DNA from: an uncultured delta proteobacterium
GTDB taxonomy: Bacteria; Desulfobacterota; Binatia; Binatales; Binataceae
NCBI GenBank assembly: GCA_963765675.1
Contig: CAVXXK010000014.1
Location: 144,818 to 208,817 of the forward strand
DNA: 64,000 nt
Reading direction: 5' to 3'
Positions 1-8,942 of this stretch are shown here, piece after piece. The notes below the pieces were generated by a model. The model saw only the letters and a program-made list of their open reading frames with translations, searched no databases and was not told where the DNA came from. The position numbers and the translations under genes were made by a program. Within the stretch, counting starts at the first letter, position 1. Every line of letters starts with the position of its first letter.

Positions 1-1
1 T

Positions 2-547
2 TACCCGCAGCGACTGAGTTTTCTGGACTATTTCAAATATGTGAGTGCGCCGCCGCCCGCGCAAGCGTTCCTGGCGGAGCATCACCTGGGAATCGCGGCG
101 CGAATTTTCGGGCTGCTCGGCCGCAAGATTTCCTTCGGCGAGCATCGAAGCCCTTCGGGCGCCGGTGCGATGGAGACGTTGGTCGAGGCCGACAAGCAGC
201 GCGCGAAGATCACCGTCACGCAGCCCGGCGCCGACAGCGCCAGGCAGATTCAGGAAGCGCGCGATCGATTTATCAATCACGATGGCGCCGAAGAGGTCAC
301 AGTCGAGTTGCCGCTGGGAAATTCTGCCGCACCGCCGCTTGCCGCGGAACTCGAGCGCCAGGGGTTCTTCTTCACCGGGCTACGGATGCGCGATCCCAGC
401 GAGGGCGACCTGGTGCGTTTTCAATATCTGAAGAGTCCGTTGGATTTCGCGCTGATAAAGCTCGACGGAGCATTCGCGATCGAGCTTCTGAAATATATCG
501 ACGACTCCCGCCGCCGCGTGATCAAGGAACGGATGCCCGCGCGCTAG
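2..547 (+). CDS. C-terminal part of a protein entering from the left edge, possibly GNAT-family acetyltransferase-associated
   Basis: Frame is open from base 2 (YPQRLSFLDYFKYV...) to the stop at 547. ELERQGFFFTG resembles GNAT C-terminal motifs; the family call is by recall. Confidence 0.45.
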   Translation, partial: YPQRLSFLDYFKYVSAPPPAQAFLAEHHLGIAARIFGLLGRKISFGEHRSPSGAGAMETLVEADKQRAKITVTQPGADSARQIQEARDRFINHDGAEEVTVELPLGNSAAPPLAAELERQGFFFTGLRMRDPSEGDLVRFQYLKSPLDFALIKLDGAFAIELLKYIDDSRRRVIKERMPAR

Positions 548-915
548 CGGGGCGCGGCATTCGCGCGATGCGTGGTTCGCCAAGCGACTTTGGGCTTCGG
601 ACTTGCGCTGACGAAATGTAGCTCGACGCGTTTGTTCAGTGCCTGAGCGATGCGCCGCAGCATCGCCAGCGAGTGACCCTCGTAATTGGCATCTTCGAGC
701 CTGCAAATGACCGACGTGGTCGTCCCGATCATTTTCGCCAGCTGTCCCTGCGTGAGTCTCGCGCGCTTTCGGAGCTGGTAGATCTTGCGCGCAACCGTGT
801 CGCTGGCCTCCGCCTCGGCCAAACCCGCTATCCGCTGTGGACGCCCTTCATAGTATCGGCGATGAATGATCTCGACCGCGTCAGTTGTCGGATTAAATTT
901 GTTGGTCTTCTTCAT
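544..915 (-). CDS. XRE-family HTH antitoxin (HigA-like)
   Basis: LRKRARLTQGQLAKMIGTTTSVICRLE HTH_3 pattern, directly downstream of a RelE-like toxin. Confidence 0.85.
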   Translation of the reverse strand: MKKTNKFNPTTDAVEIIHRRYYEGRPQRIAGLAEAEASDTVARKIYQLRKRARLTQGQLAKMIGTTTSVICRLEDANYEGHSLAMLRRIAQALNKRVELHFVSASPKPKVAWRTTHRANAAPR

Positions 916-939
916 TTCTTACTCGCGTTCCCTGACTGG

Positions 940-1308
940 TTACAGTTCTTCGAACGTGTGTACCTTGGGATCTTGTTCATATCGTCGCTTGCGCGCCAGC
1001 GCCGCATCGATTGCGGCACTTGGAACTCGATCCTCTTTTGTCAAACCATGCGCGAGGATCGCTGCCACTCTGCCGTGAAAGAAGTAGAGAATTCTATAGT
1101 TAACGTGCTGAAGTCCAACCCGCAGTTCATAGATCCCATCGCGGAGCAGGTCGGCTTCCGGCCGACGGAGTTCGTGACCGAGTTCCGCGAGCCTCTGAAT
1201 TCTGATCCTGCATTTGTCCTGTGCTCTTGCCGGAAGACGGTCGAACCATTCCAAGACCGGCACCGTGCCGTCTGTCTCGCGATAGAATACGAGCTTGGTC
1301 TTGGGCAC
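940..1308 (-). CDS. RelE/ParE-family toxin (HigB / Gp49-like)
   Basis: PVLEWFDRL...LRDGIYELRV...YRILYFF...LAHGLTK; toxin-before-antitoxin order. Confidence 0.85.
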   Translation of the reverse strand: MPKTKLVFYRETDGTVPVLEWFDRLPARAQDKCRIRIQRLAELGHELRRPEADLLRDGIYELRVGLQHVNYRILYFFHGRVAAILAHGLTKEDRVPSAAIDAALARKRRYEQDPKVHTFEEL

Positions 1309-1367
1309 GCAGGTTTCTTTCTAGCAGATTTCGCAAAAATGCGAAAGGCTATTCAGTCGGTAGATCA

Positions 1368-1994
1368 TCATCGAGCCGAGGCCCGGGCGGGCTCGCGCCG
1401 GACGATTCGGGCGAGGCGAAGTGCTGCTACGCCCAGCGGCATCAGTGCGAGATGGGCCAGCTTGCCGAAAGGGAGCCAGACCATCAGCAACTCGACGCTT
1501 AGCAGATGAGCGGTCAGCAGGGCACGGTAGGGTGCGGTTAGTGCGGCTCCTCCGACGTGCGGATAGGCGAGCATCCCGGTTCCTACCGCGGCGAAAACTA
1601 CAATCCAACTGAAGTAGTCGTCGAAGGCCGAGAATGCGCTCGGCTCGTGTGCGGACATCCGGTAGGCGAGGACTGAGAGCATCGCGACGATCGTCACGAC
1701 GCCGGCGAACAGCACGACCGCGATCGGCAAACCGGGCCAACTGATTCCAGTGAGCTCGCGAACCAGCAGGATGTGCGGGGCGAAGCCGAGTGTCGCCACA
1801 ATCAACCCGGCGTGCATCGCGTAGCTGTCGAGATGCCAGCGCTCGGCGGGAATGTGAAAACCTTTTCGCACCCAATAGAGATCGCGCTCGCCGCCGCGAA
1901 TCAGAAAATTTGCGCCGCGCCAGAAAAATCCGAATACCATGATGACGAGCGCCCAGTGCAGTCCGGGACCGCGCGCGAAATCAAGCGCGCTCAT
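1368..1994 (-). CDS. NarI/Isp1/HmcE-like di-heme cytochrome b membrane subunit
   Basis: About five hydrophobic segments. His pairs YAMH...APH and AHLLSVELLMVWLPFGKLAH (18 apart, as in NarI H187/H205). Confidence 0.75.
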   Translation of the reverse strand: MSALDFARGPGLHWALVIMVFGFFWRGANFLIRGGERDLYWVRKGFHIPAERWHLDSYAMHAGLIVATLGFAPHILLVRELTGISWPGLPIAVVLFAGVVTIVAMLSVLAYRMSAHEPSAFSAFDDYFSWIVVFAAVGTGMLAYPHVGGAALTAPYRALLTAHLLSVELLMVWLPFGKLAHLALMPLGVAALRLARIVRREPARASAR

Positions 1995-2661
1995 TATTGT
2001 CTACCTGTTCGTGGTCCGTCCGTTTGCGCCGGCGAAAAATCGCGCCGGTCAGGACTCCGGCAAAGAGTCCCGCCAGCGCCGCGCCGCCCCATCCGCGCGC
2101 GTGATTCCAAGGCGTCACGTACGGCGGCCGAAGCTGCGCAGTCGGGCTCATCCTGGTCATTACGATATGGCAGTCCGAGCATGCCAGCAGCTCCGCGCCG
2201 TGCGTATGCGCGTGCCAGAAAGTGTCCTGATGGCAGTTGAGGCAAGCGCGATTAGCCTCCGCGGCCGATTGTCCGGGACCTTCGTGAAACTCGATCAGGC
2301 CGCCGACTCCGAGTCCTCCGCCGAGCATCGCGTGATTGCTTCCGGGGCCGTGGCATCCTTCGCATCCCTTGCGTTCGAGATCGTTGCGCGGATGAATCAG
2401 GAACGACTGGCCCATCTTCGTCTTTGCAAAATCATTGGCGGTATCCATGTGGCAGGCGTAGCAATAGGCGTCGCCGATATATTGCGGTTTGGCGAAGTAG
2501 CCCAGGTCGGCGTCGGAAGCGGGCGCTGGCACCTCGTCGATTCTGCCCGGAGGCCGCGGCGCGTTGCCTTGCGCGCACAAGGAGCCCGGCGCGAGACAGA
2601 CAAGCATCGCGGCGGCAAATAGCGCCGCCGCTATCGCAGAGCAGACTGAACCCTCAGACAT
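1981..2661 (-). CDS. Tetraheme c-type cytochrome resembling the N-terminal part of MtrA/DmsE, with signal peptide and C-terminal membrane anchor
   Basis: CYACH, CEGCH(GPGSNH), CLNCH, CSDCH; hydrophobic N-terminus; C-terminal TM followed by RRRKR; overlaps the next gene by 14 bp. Confidence 0.8.
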   Translation of the reverse strand: MSEGSVCSAIAAALFAAAMLVCLAPGSLCAQGNAPRPPGRIDEVPAPASDADLGYFAKPQYIGDAYCYACHMDTANDFAKTKMGQSFLIHPRNDLERKGCEGCHGPGSNHAMLGGGLGVGGLIEFHEGPGQSAAEANRACLNCHQDTFWHAHTHGAELLACSDCHIVMTRMSPTAQLRPPYVTPWNHARGWGGAALAGLFAGVLTGAIFRRRKRTDHEQVDNNERA

Positions 2662-2670
2662 CGGCCACAG

Positions 2671-3075
2671 CTAACTTAGCGCGTCGCGGCGGCGCCAGAG
2701 CATAATCGCGGCTATCCACGGAATAGCTATTGCCAGAATAAGGAACGCGATCAGGAAGGCCGGCGAATCGTGTTCGCCCGCAGGAGGATGACTACTAAAT
2801 AGTACTATGTTCAGTACAACATAGATTGCATATATGAACGCGAGCGCCACTGCATATTTCTTCATGCGCAATATACCAATCGCATATACTAACAGGAAGA
2901 TACCGAACAGCGGGCCCAGGATCGCATTTTCGATCCCGTAGGTCCGGGTGCCGAAAAAGACAAAGCCCGTCGTTGGTCCTTCAAGATGGAACGGCTTGAG
3001 CAGGTCTTCAATCGCCACCAGGATAAAGAGCAGCGAAAGGATCGTGAGCAACGGGCCGCGTTTGGATTGCTCCAT
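2671..3075 (-). CDS. Hypothetical four-TM membrane protein
   Basis: 134 aa hydrophobic ORF with an AGGAGA RBS upstream, co-oriented with the cytochrome pair. Confidence 0.7.
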   Translation of the reverse strand: MEQSKRGPLLTILSLLFILVAIEDLLKPFHLEGPTTGFVFFGTRTYGIENAILGPLFGIFLLVYAIGILRMKKYAVALAFIYAIYVVLNIVLFSSHPPAGEHDSPAFLIAFLILAIAIPWIAAIMLWRRRDALS

Positions 3076-3090
3076 TAGTTAGTCTCCTTT

Positions 3091-3129
3091 CCGACCTCTC
3101 CCTGGCCCTCTCCTTGGACAAGGAGAGGG
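3091..3129. repeat. REP-like hairpin family C (CCCTCTCC...GGAGAGGG)
   Basis: ccctctcctt-ggac-aaggagaggg at 3106-3129; related copies at 25941-25978 and 42584-42604. Confidence 0.75.
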
Positions 3130-3188
3130 GATGCGGTGCCCCGGGGAGTTGTGTGTAGCCTCGGGTGCGCGTGCCAATTCGTAAGGGC

Positions 3189-3297
3189 GAGATTCCTCGC
3201 GGCATCTGCTGTTCAGCATAACTCGCACGAAGCGATACTCGTCACCAGCTCGCGCTCGGAATGGCAAAAAATAATCCGGAGAAATTGTCATTCCGAG
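3189..3297. repeat. REP-like element arms (GAGATTCCTCG...CTCGGAATG / GTCATTCCGAG)
   Basis: Arms resemble those at about 5657-5685 and the GTCATCCTGAG family. Confidence 0.5.
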
Positions 3298-3403
3298 TGC
3301 GTGCAGGCAACGCATATGGCCGCCATATAAGCCGATCTGCGGGATCCCGCCCTCGCGCATCGTCGTACTTCTCCGAATCAGGCAAGACCCTTGTCCCTCA
3401 AGA

Positions 3404-4894
3404 TCAATTGCTCTGTTCGCGATGCATTTGCGCTGGCGATTTGCGAAGGTGATTATCCAATAGCTTTGCGGCGGCGCTTTCTACGACAGTTCCGTCGAAA
3501 AAGTGCGGATTGGTTTCGCCCCAAAAGCGGACTGGATTAGTAAATACGAAATCGCGAAAATCATTTTCAGTAATCAGTTTATCTTCGACCAGCTCGAACG
3601 CTTCTTCGAGAACTTCCGCCATGTTGACGACGTCGAAATGGCCGATGTCGCTGCCGAACAAGGTTTTCAGGCGCGCGCCGAATGGATTGGTGTGAGTATT
3701 GAAACCCCACGCGTTGATCGGGTCGTCGGCCTCGCATCCAAAGTAGAAATTGCGCGTGAACAGCTCGCGGATATCCTCGGCGCGTTTGATCTTGCACGCC
3801 GCGAAGTCGTCGAGCTCGGTGATTCCGCCGGTCGCCGCCGAGCCTACTCCCTCGAGAATCTTGCTCGTTCCCGTGACACGCCCGGCGAGTTCCGCCGAGC
3901 CGTACTTCTGGATCAGCTCACGCAGCATCGCGCGGTCGAGATTGGCCGGGTTGACCTCTTCGAGCGCCTCGCGGTTGCGCTTCTTCCAGTGGCCGATCAG
4001 ATCGCTGTACAGGTTGCAGGCCCATCCGACTCCGCCTTCAAGGAATGCGAAGTTGAGGGTGGGGAAGCGCCGCGTAACTCCGCCCAGGAATAGCGCCTTG
4101 CACACCGCCTCGCTCGCAGCGGCGAAATGGCCGATGTGATTGAAGGTGAAGTTCGACGGCGAGACGCGGAAGCCGACACCGCGCGTGCCGGTGTGAAAAG
4201 TTGGCGAGACGCCCAGCTCTACGCACTTGGCCCACACCGCGTCGTAGTCGTGCTCGCTGTCGAGGCCCAGCACGTCGAACCACGGAGCGTAGCGCGCGGC
4301 GTCGGGCGCCTTGCGCGCGACCGCGGGAATCGTGCGGCGGACCATGCTGCCCATCAGGATCACCTTGAGCCCGAGCGTCTTCACCACGTACTCGAGTTCC
4401 TCGATTGCTTCGGCTGGCGTGTGCATCGGAATTGCCGCGGCGGGCGTCATCCGATCGGAAAATTCGCGGAACTGATCGGCGACGTAGAGATTGAAGGCGC
4501 GGCAGGTGGCGCGGCGCATCTCGTCGTCGGGAATAAACGCGACCCCGAGGGCGGCGGTGGGATAGAGCACGGTGAAATCGAAGCCGAACTCGTCGAGCCG
4601 CTCGTAGAGCAGGCGCGGCAGAATCGCGGTGGCGCGGTCGCGCGTGTTTTTGGCCGGCACGCCCCAGAACGCCTCCTGCGCGCGGCGCTGGTCGCGCCGC
4701 TCCTCGGGCGTCATCGTCAGCGCATGCTGCACGCGCTCATTGCGCGAGCGGAACGAATCGACCACGCGGGCGCCGGCGACGCGCTTCAGATAGTCGGAAA
4801 TCGACGGACCGAATTCGAGCCAGTGGCCGTCGGCGTCGATCACCGGATGCCCGAGTTTGGCGTGAATTTCCCTGGAGCTGAGCTTGCCTGACAT
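3404..4894 (-). CDS. Amidohydrolase_2 family metal-dependent hydrolase
   Basis: VIDADGH metal motif, PTFH, FAFLEGGVGW, FGSDIGHFD; AAGGAG RBS. Confidence 0.85.
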   Translation of the reverse strand: MSGKLSSREIHAKLGHPVIDADGHWLEFGPSISDYLKRVAGARVVDSFRSRNERVQHALTMTPEERRDQRRAQEAFWGVPAKNTRDRATAILPRLLYERLDEFGFDFTVLYPTAALGVAFIPDDEMRRATCRAFNLYVADQFREFSDRMTPAAAIPMHTPAEAIEELEYVVKTLGLKVILMGSMVRRTIPAVARKAPDAARYAPWFDVLGLDSEHDYDAVWAKCVELGVSPTFHTGTRGVGFRVSPSNFTFNHIGHFAAASEAVCKALFLGGVTRRFPTLNFAFLEGGVGWACNLYSDLIGHWKKRNREALEEVNPANLDRAMLRELIQKYGSAELAGRVTGTSKILEGVGSAATGGITELDDFAACKIKRAEDIRELFTRNFYFGCEADDPINAWGFNTHTNPFGARLKTLFGSDIGHFDVVNMAEVLEEAFELVEDKLITENDFRDFVFTNPVRFWGETNPHFFDGTVVESAAAKLLDNHLRKSPAQMHREQSN

Positions 4895-5372
4895 TGTGAT
4901 TCTCCTTGGGCATTCTCCTTGGCGGCTATGCCCGCCGATTCTGACCGGAGCCTAGCGCAGCGGCTTGCCGATCTGGAAGCGTGCGGGACATAGCGATGCA
5001 CACGCCTGTTGCGTGCGGGATGGCGGACTAAATTTGCGGTGGGTTCGTTTGGTAAATTTTCATGGTGGCTTGAAAAAATTATCCGCGGAGACGCTGGAAA
5101 ATTTTGGGTTCGATCGTATTTTGGGCGACTTTTTGGTCATCTGATTCGCCGATTTTTCGCGGGCGATCAGGACACGTAAACAGGGCGGTTCGAGACTCGC
5201 GCCGTCGTGCCCGAATATGGTGACAAGAAGTTAATCGACGGCGTCATCATGTCATCTATTTTACACGAGAGAGTGGCGAAGTACATAATCTGACGCTTCG
5301 CGTCGGCGGGCGGGGCCGCCCGCTCCCACTGGCAGAAAGATTTGGCGACTACTCGACGCTTGAGGGTTATTC

Positions 5373-5750
5373 GCACTAATCGCGTCGCGGAGATCCTTCG
5401 CCTGCGGCTCAGACCTTCACGAGTCCGAAGGACCCGCCACGCGGGATGAAAGTTAGCGTATAACGACAGGCTGCGCGAAAGACGGGCGGCTCGCGAGCCG
5501 CCCCTACGAAGACAGGTCCCGTTGTCATTCCCGCGCCCTTCGGCAGGCTCAGGGCAGGCTCCGGCTGCCGCGCGAGAGCCTGTCCTGAGCAAGGCCGAAG
5601 GAAATCCCGAACCAGAGGGCGCTGCATGAGGCGTGGACTCCGAGCATGGACGCCTCGGGATTCCTCGCCCAGGGCTCGGAATGACGATCAACGGTTCGGC
5701 TGAGACTACGCTAGTCATCGCCCCACACACTTTACGGCAGGATGACGACA
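5373..5750. repeat. Composite REP/BIME-like mosaic
   Basis: Right arm of family A (5373-5412), a GTAG-type hairpin on the minus strand (5484-5507), a family B block (about 5479-5601, inverted copy at about 27496-27620), and a terminal caggatgac near 5738-5746. Confidence 0.8.
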
Positions 5751-5816
5751 GCGGCATCGGAGAGGACGCGGAGAATCTTCAGGCCGCCTTTGACGGCGGA
5801 TATTCCTGCGCGCGGC

Positions 5817-6698
5817 CTACGATTTCAGGAAATCCAGAATCAGCTTGTTCACCTCGGCGGGTTTTTCCTGGTGGACGAAATGGCCGGCTCCGGCGATTAC
5901 GTGCTTGCGTAGGCCCTTGGGAAAGAATGCTTCCATTCCTTCGAGCAGCTCGGCGCCGATACATCCGTCGTCGCGGCCGTGCAGCATCATCGCGGGTACG
6001 CCTATCGGCGGCGGAGGCGCGGAGGCGGCGGCGATCGCGTCGGCGGGAATCTTCATCATCGCGCCGAGCGTCGCGCGGTAGTATCCGAGCGCGGCCGACA
6101 GGGCGGCGGGATTGCGAAAGCATTTCTTCAGCGGCTCGATGTCGTCTTTGGTGAACTTCCAGCTCGGCGACCAATCGGTCCACATCTTTTCCAGGAATTT
6201 GAAATCGTCGTGGCTGACCGCGGCTTCGGCGAATGCGCCCTGAAAGAAGTACATGTACCAACTGCGCTTTTCCTGCGCGTAATTCGTCACCAGCGCCTTG
6301 ATAAAGGATGTTCCGTAGGGAACCGCAGCGGTGATTAGCTTGGTCACGCGCGCGGGCTCGGCCGCAGCGGCGGGATAGGCGGCGACGGCGCCCCAATCGT
6401 GCCCGAAGAGAATCGCGTCCTTGTATCCGAGCGCCGCGATCAGGCTGAGCGCGTCTTCGCCGAGAGCGCCCGAATCATAGCGGCCGTCCGGCGCGAGGCT
6501 GGTCGGCGCATAGCCGCGCATGAACGGCGCGACGATGCGATATCCCGCGTCCGCCAATGGTTTCATCTGATGCCGGAACGAATAGGCGGTATCTGGAAAT
6601 CCATGCAGGCACAGGATCAGCGGACCGTCACCCTGCTCGAGGACATGAAAGTCGATATTGGATGCGCGAACGACGCGCTCGGTTATCTGCGACGCCAT
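5817..6698 (-). CDS. Alpha/beta hydrolase, epoxide hydrolase-like
   Basis: HGFP oxyanion motif, GHDWG nucleophile Asp, GHFVHQE catalytic His. Confidence 0.9.
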   Translation of the reverse strand: MASQITERVVRASNIDFHVLEQGDGPLILCLHGFPDTAYSFRHQMKPLADAGYRIVAPFMRGYAPTSLAPDGRYDSGALGEDALSLIAALGYKDAILFGHDWGAVAAYPAAAAEPARVTKLITAAVPYGTSFIKALVTNYAQEKRSWYMYFFQGAFAEAAVSHDDFKFLEKMWTDWSPSWKFTKDDIEPLKKCFRNPAALSAALGYYRATLGAMMKIPADAIAAASAPPPPIGVPAMMLHGRDDGCIGAELLEGMEAFFPKGLRKHVIAGAGHFVHQEKPAEVNKLILDFLKS

Positions 6699-6947
6699 GG
6701 TTCACCTCGCTATTGGCGCAAGCTACTACACTGGCGCATCAGGTTGCATCCGCCGGGCGGCGGCTAGCATCCTAAATCGAGGTTAACGTTAGCTAAGTGC
6801 CCGGCGGAGAACCCATCGAAAGACCGCTGTCGCAATCAGTGCCTAGTCATTTTTAAGCGTAGCAAATCAATGGTGGTCGCGTTCTGCAATTCCAGTCGCG
6901 TTTACGAACTGCCGCGCCGCAGGGCTGCGAGAAGCCGGACGGATAAC

Positions 6948-8591
6948 TTAATCTGCAGCCGCCGCCTTTGCGATGCGCGCCTCCTTGTACCCGGTATTGC
7001 AATAAGGATGCGTGAATTGAAGATTTTCCGGGGTACCCAATCCACCGTTTTCTTGGCGCGTCTTATGGTCCTTCGAGCGAGCGAAAGGCGGAAGTCTCGC
7101 TCCGCATTCCGTACAGCGCGCCCGTGTTGCGAGCGTATCGCGTACAATCGCTATTCTCTCGGCAGCTTTTGAGAATTTTTTATGCGCGTGAGCGCTGTCG
7201 TCGTCTGATTCTACGGGCTGCTTAAGACCGCGCAGTTTCGGTTCAGCGAGGAGCTGCGCGATAATCTCAGCGTCCCCTTTAGCTCCATCCCACATGCTCT
7301 GCAATACAAGTCTGTGAAGCGTCAATAACGAATCTAGAGAGCGCGTCCGGCTGCCTTTGCTATGTGTCAGGTCGTTTATGAACGACTTGTGCTGAACGAG
7401 AAAATCCTCAAAATCCTTCCGCACATCAGTAAATTTGAGGAGCTTCTTTTGCTGCTCTAGCTCTTGGGCCAATTTCAACGACGCTATAAATGCCGCCGGA
7501 TGAAACTGCCCAGTAGCACCGTATGAATACACGGCTTGGTCAAAGCCCAACGACCCAGCATACGAATTATCAGCTACCAGCCGCGCTATCTCGCGAATCC
7601 GATTCAAAAACTCAAGGGTCTTAGAACCATCCGAATCGTCTGCGAGTTTGCTAACTGGTTTTTTGGAAGCCTTGTGATTTCCCTCTCGCTCTTGCCACAT
7701 GGCGGGTGCGATTTCGTTGAAAATGTTTACCATATCCAGAATCATCGAAAATGCCTCTGCCGAGTAGGGCTGCCCCGCTCGTGGAACATCTGGACTTTGC
7801 GATCCGATTTCAACGATTAGTCCAAACAGCAACTTGTAAATATCTGCCGCTAATTCCTCGATTTGTTTAGCGTTAGCAGGGAATTTGCCCCAATACTTAT
7901 GGCCTTTGCCAGCTTGAATCAGCGCCCGCGTCGCGATGGCGTTGGGCTTCCTCCTTGCGCGCACAAGATCCAGCTCCGTCGGGCTAATTGTTGCGGGATT
8001 TTGATTTATCTTGAAAAACGAGCGTTCGGCGACAGCCGCGTCGCCCTCAACTTTCTGAATTGGGACTTGGCGTGTCGCAATGGCGCGCCCGCGTCGCACC
8101 AAGTCGGCGTCCGCAACCTCGCTCTCGTGAAGCGCGGCCCAATGGAGTCGCTCAAAGGTTCCTACACTCTCGGCCATTAGTGCTTGAGTTTTTTTGTGAA
8201 ATTTCTTTTGCGCTGGAGGCACGTCGTAGCCAAAAAATTTGCGGGTAATTTCCCCATCGCCATAATCGTCGTTCACCCATGCGATCAGCGCGCTCAATCG
8301 GTGCGACCCGTCAATAACGAAAATCTTGCCCGAGTTTTTGGAGTGCCAAAGGATCAGAGGTGGAATTAATTCATTGTCTAGAAAGCACTTGACAAAATCG
8401 ACGACTAGTTCCGGCGACCAGTCCCAGGTGTGGCGCTGGAAATCGGGTTTTCTTAGCACGGTGAAATAGAGATTCGTCCGGGAAAGTTCTCCGAGCTTGA
8501 AGATCGGTTCAGAAGGTCCGCTAATGGCATCGCCAGATTCAAAATCTTCGCGTGCGATTAATGCATCCAGGTTGACCAAATGTGACGCCAT
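6948..8591 (-). CDS. DUF262 (ParB-like, GmrS-type) plus C-terminal HNH endonuclease; probable defence nuclease
   Basis: PDFQR...W...IPPLILW...VIDGSHRL at the N-terminus; CTECG...DH...GG...NL...HPYCN at the C-terminus; visibly AT-richer than the flanks. Confidence 0.75.
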   Translation of the reverse strand: MASHLVNLDALIAREDFESGDAISGPSEPIFKLGELSRTNLYFTVLRKPDFQRHTWDWSPELVVDFVKCFLDNELIPPLILWHSKNSGKIFVIDGSHRLSALIAWVNDDYGDGEITRKFFGYDVPPAQKKFHKKTQALMAESVGTFERLHWAALHESEVADADLVRRGRAIATRQVPIQKVEGDAAVAERSFFKINQNPATISPTELDLVRARRKPNAIATRALIQAGKGHKYWGKFPANAKQIEELAADIYKLLFGLIVEIGSQSPDVPRAGQPYSAEAFSMILDMVNIFNEIAPAMWQEREGNHKASKKPVSKLADDSDGSKTLEFLNRIREIARLVADNSYAGSLGFDQAVYSYGATGQFHPAAFIASLKLAQELEQQKKLLKFTDVRKDFEDFLVQHKSFINDLTHSKGSRTRSLDSLLTLHRLVLQSMWDGAKGDAEIIAQLLAEPKLRGLKQPVESDDDSAHAHKKFSKAAERIAIVRDTLATRARCTECGARLPPFARSKDHKTRQENGGLGTPENLQFTHPYCNTGYKEARIAKAAAAD

Positions 8592-8942
8592 AATCCGCCC
8601 CGGGTGAGATATTCAGGAGTCATGCTATTTTACACCCTGTCGGTTTGCGAGTGTCCGGTTTTTTAGGGTGGAGGGCGCTCTCTGGCTTGAGTGCTCAGAT
8701 CGCATCCCGCGGGGCCCGTGTAGCACGCGCGGGGTTTATCAGCTAATGTCGATGCCTTGGCGGTCGGCACATCCCTCCTTCCTGCGGCCACGACGGTTGC
8801 CTATGAGAAATGTGCGGATGCTGGCGCGTCGCGCGCGAATTGGGCGCGATGCGATGGTGAGGCGCAACCTTTCGCGTCCCGAGCGGGTCCTGCTCCGTTC
8901 GCGAACATTTAATGCGGGCGGAGACCGCGGAGAAAATAAAGA

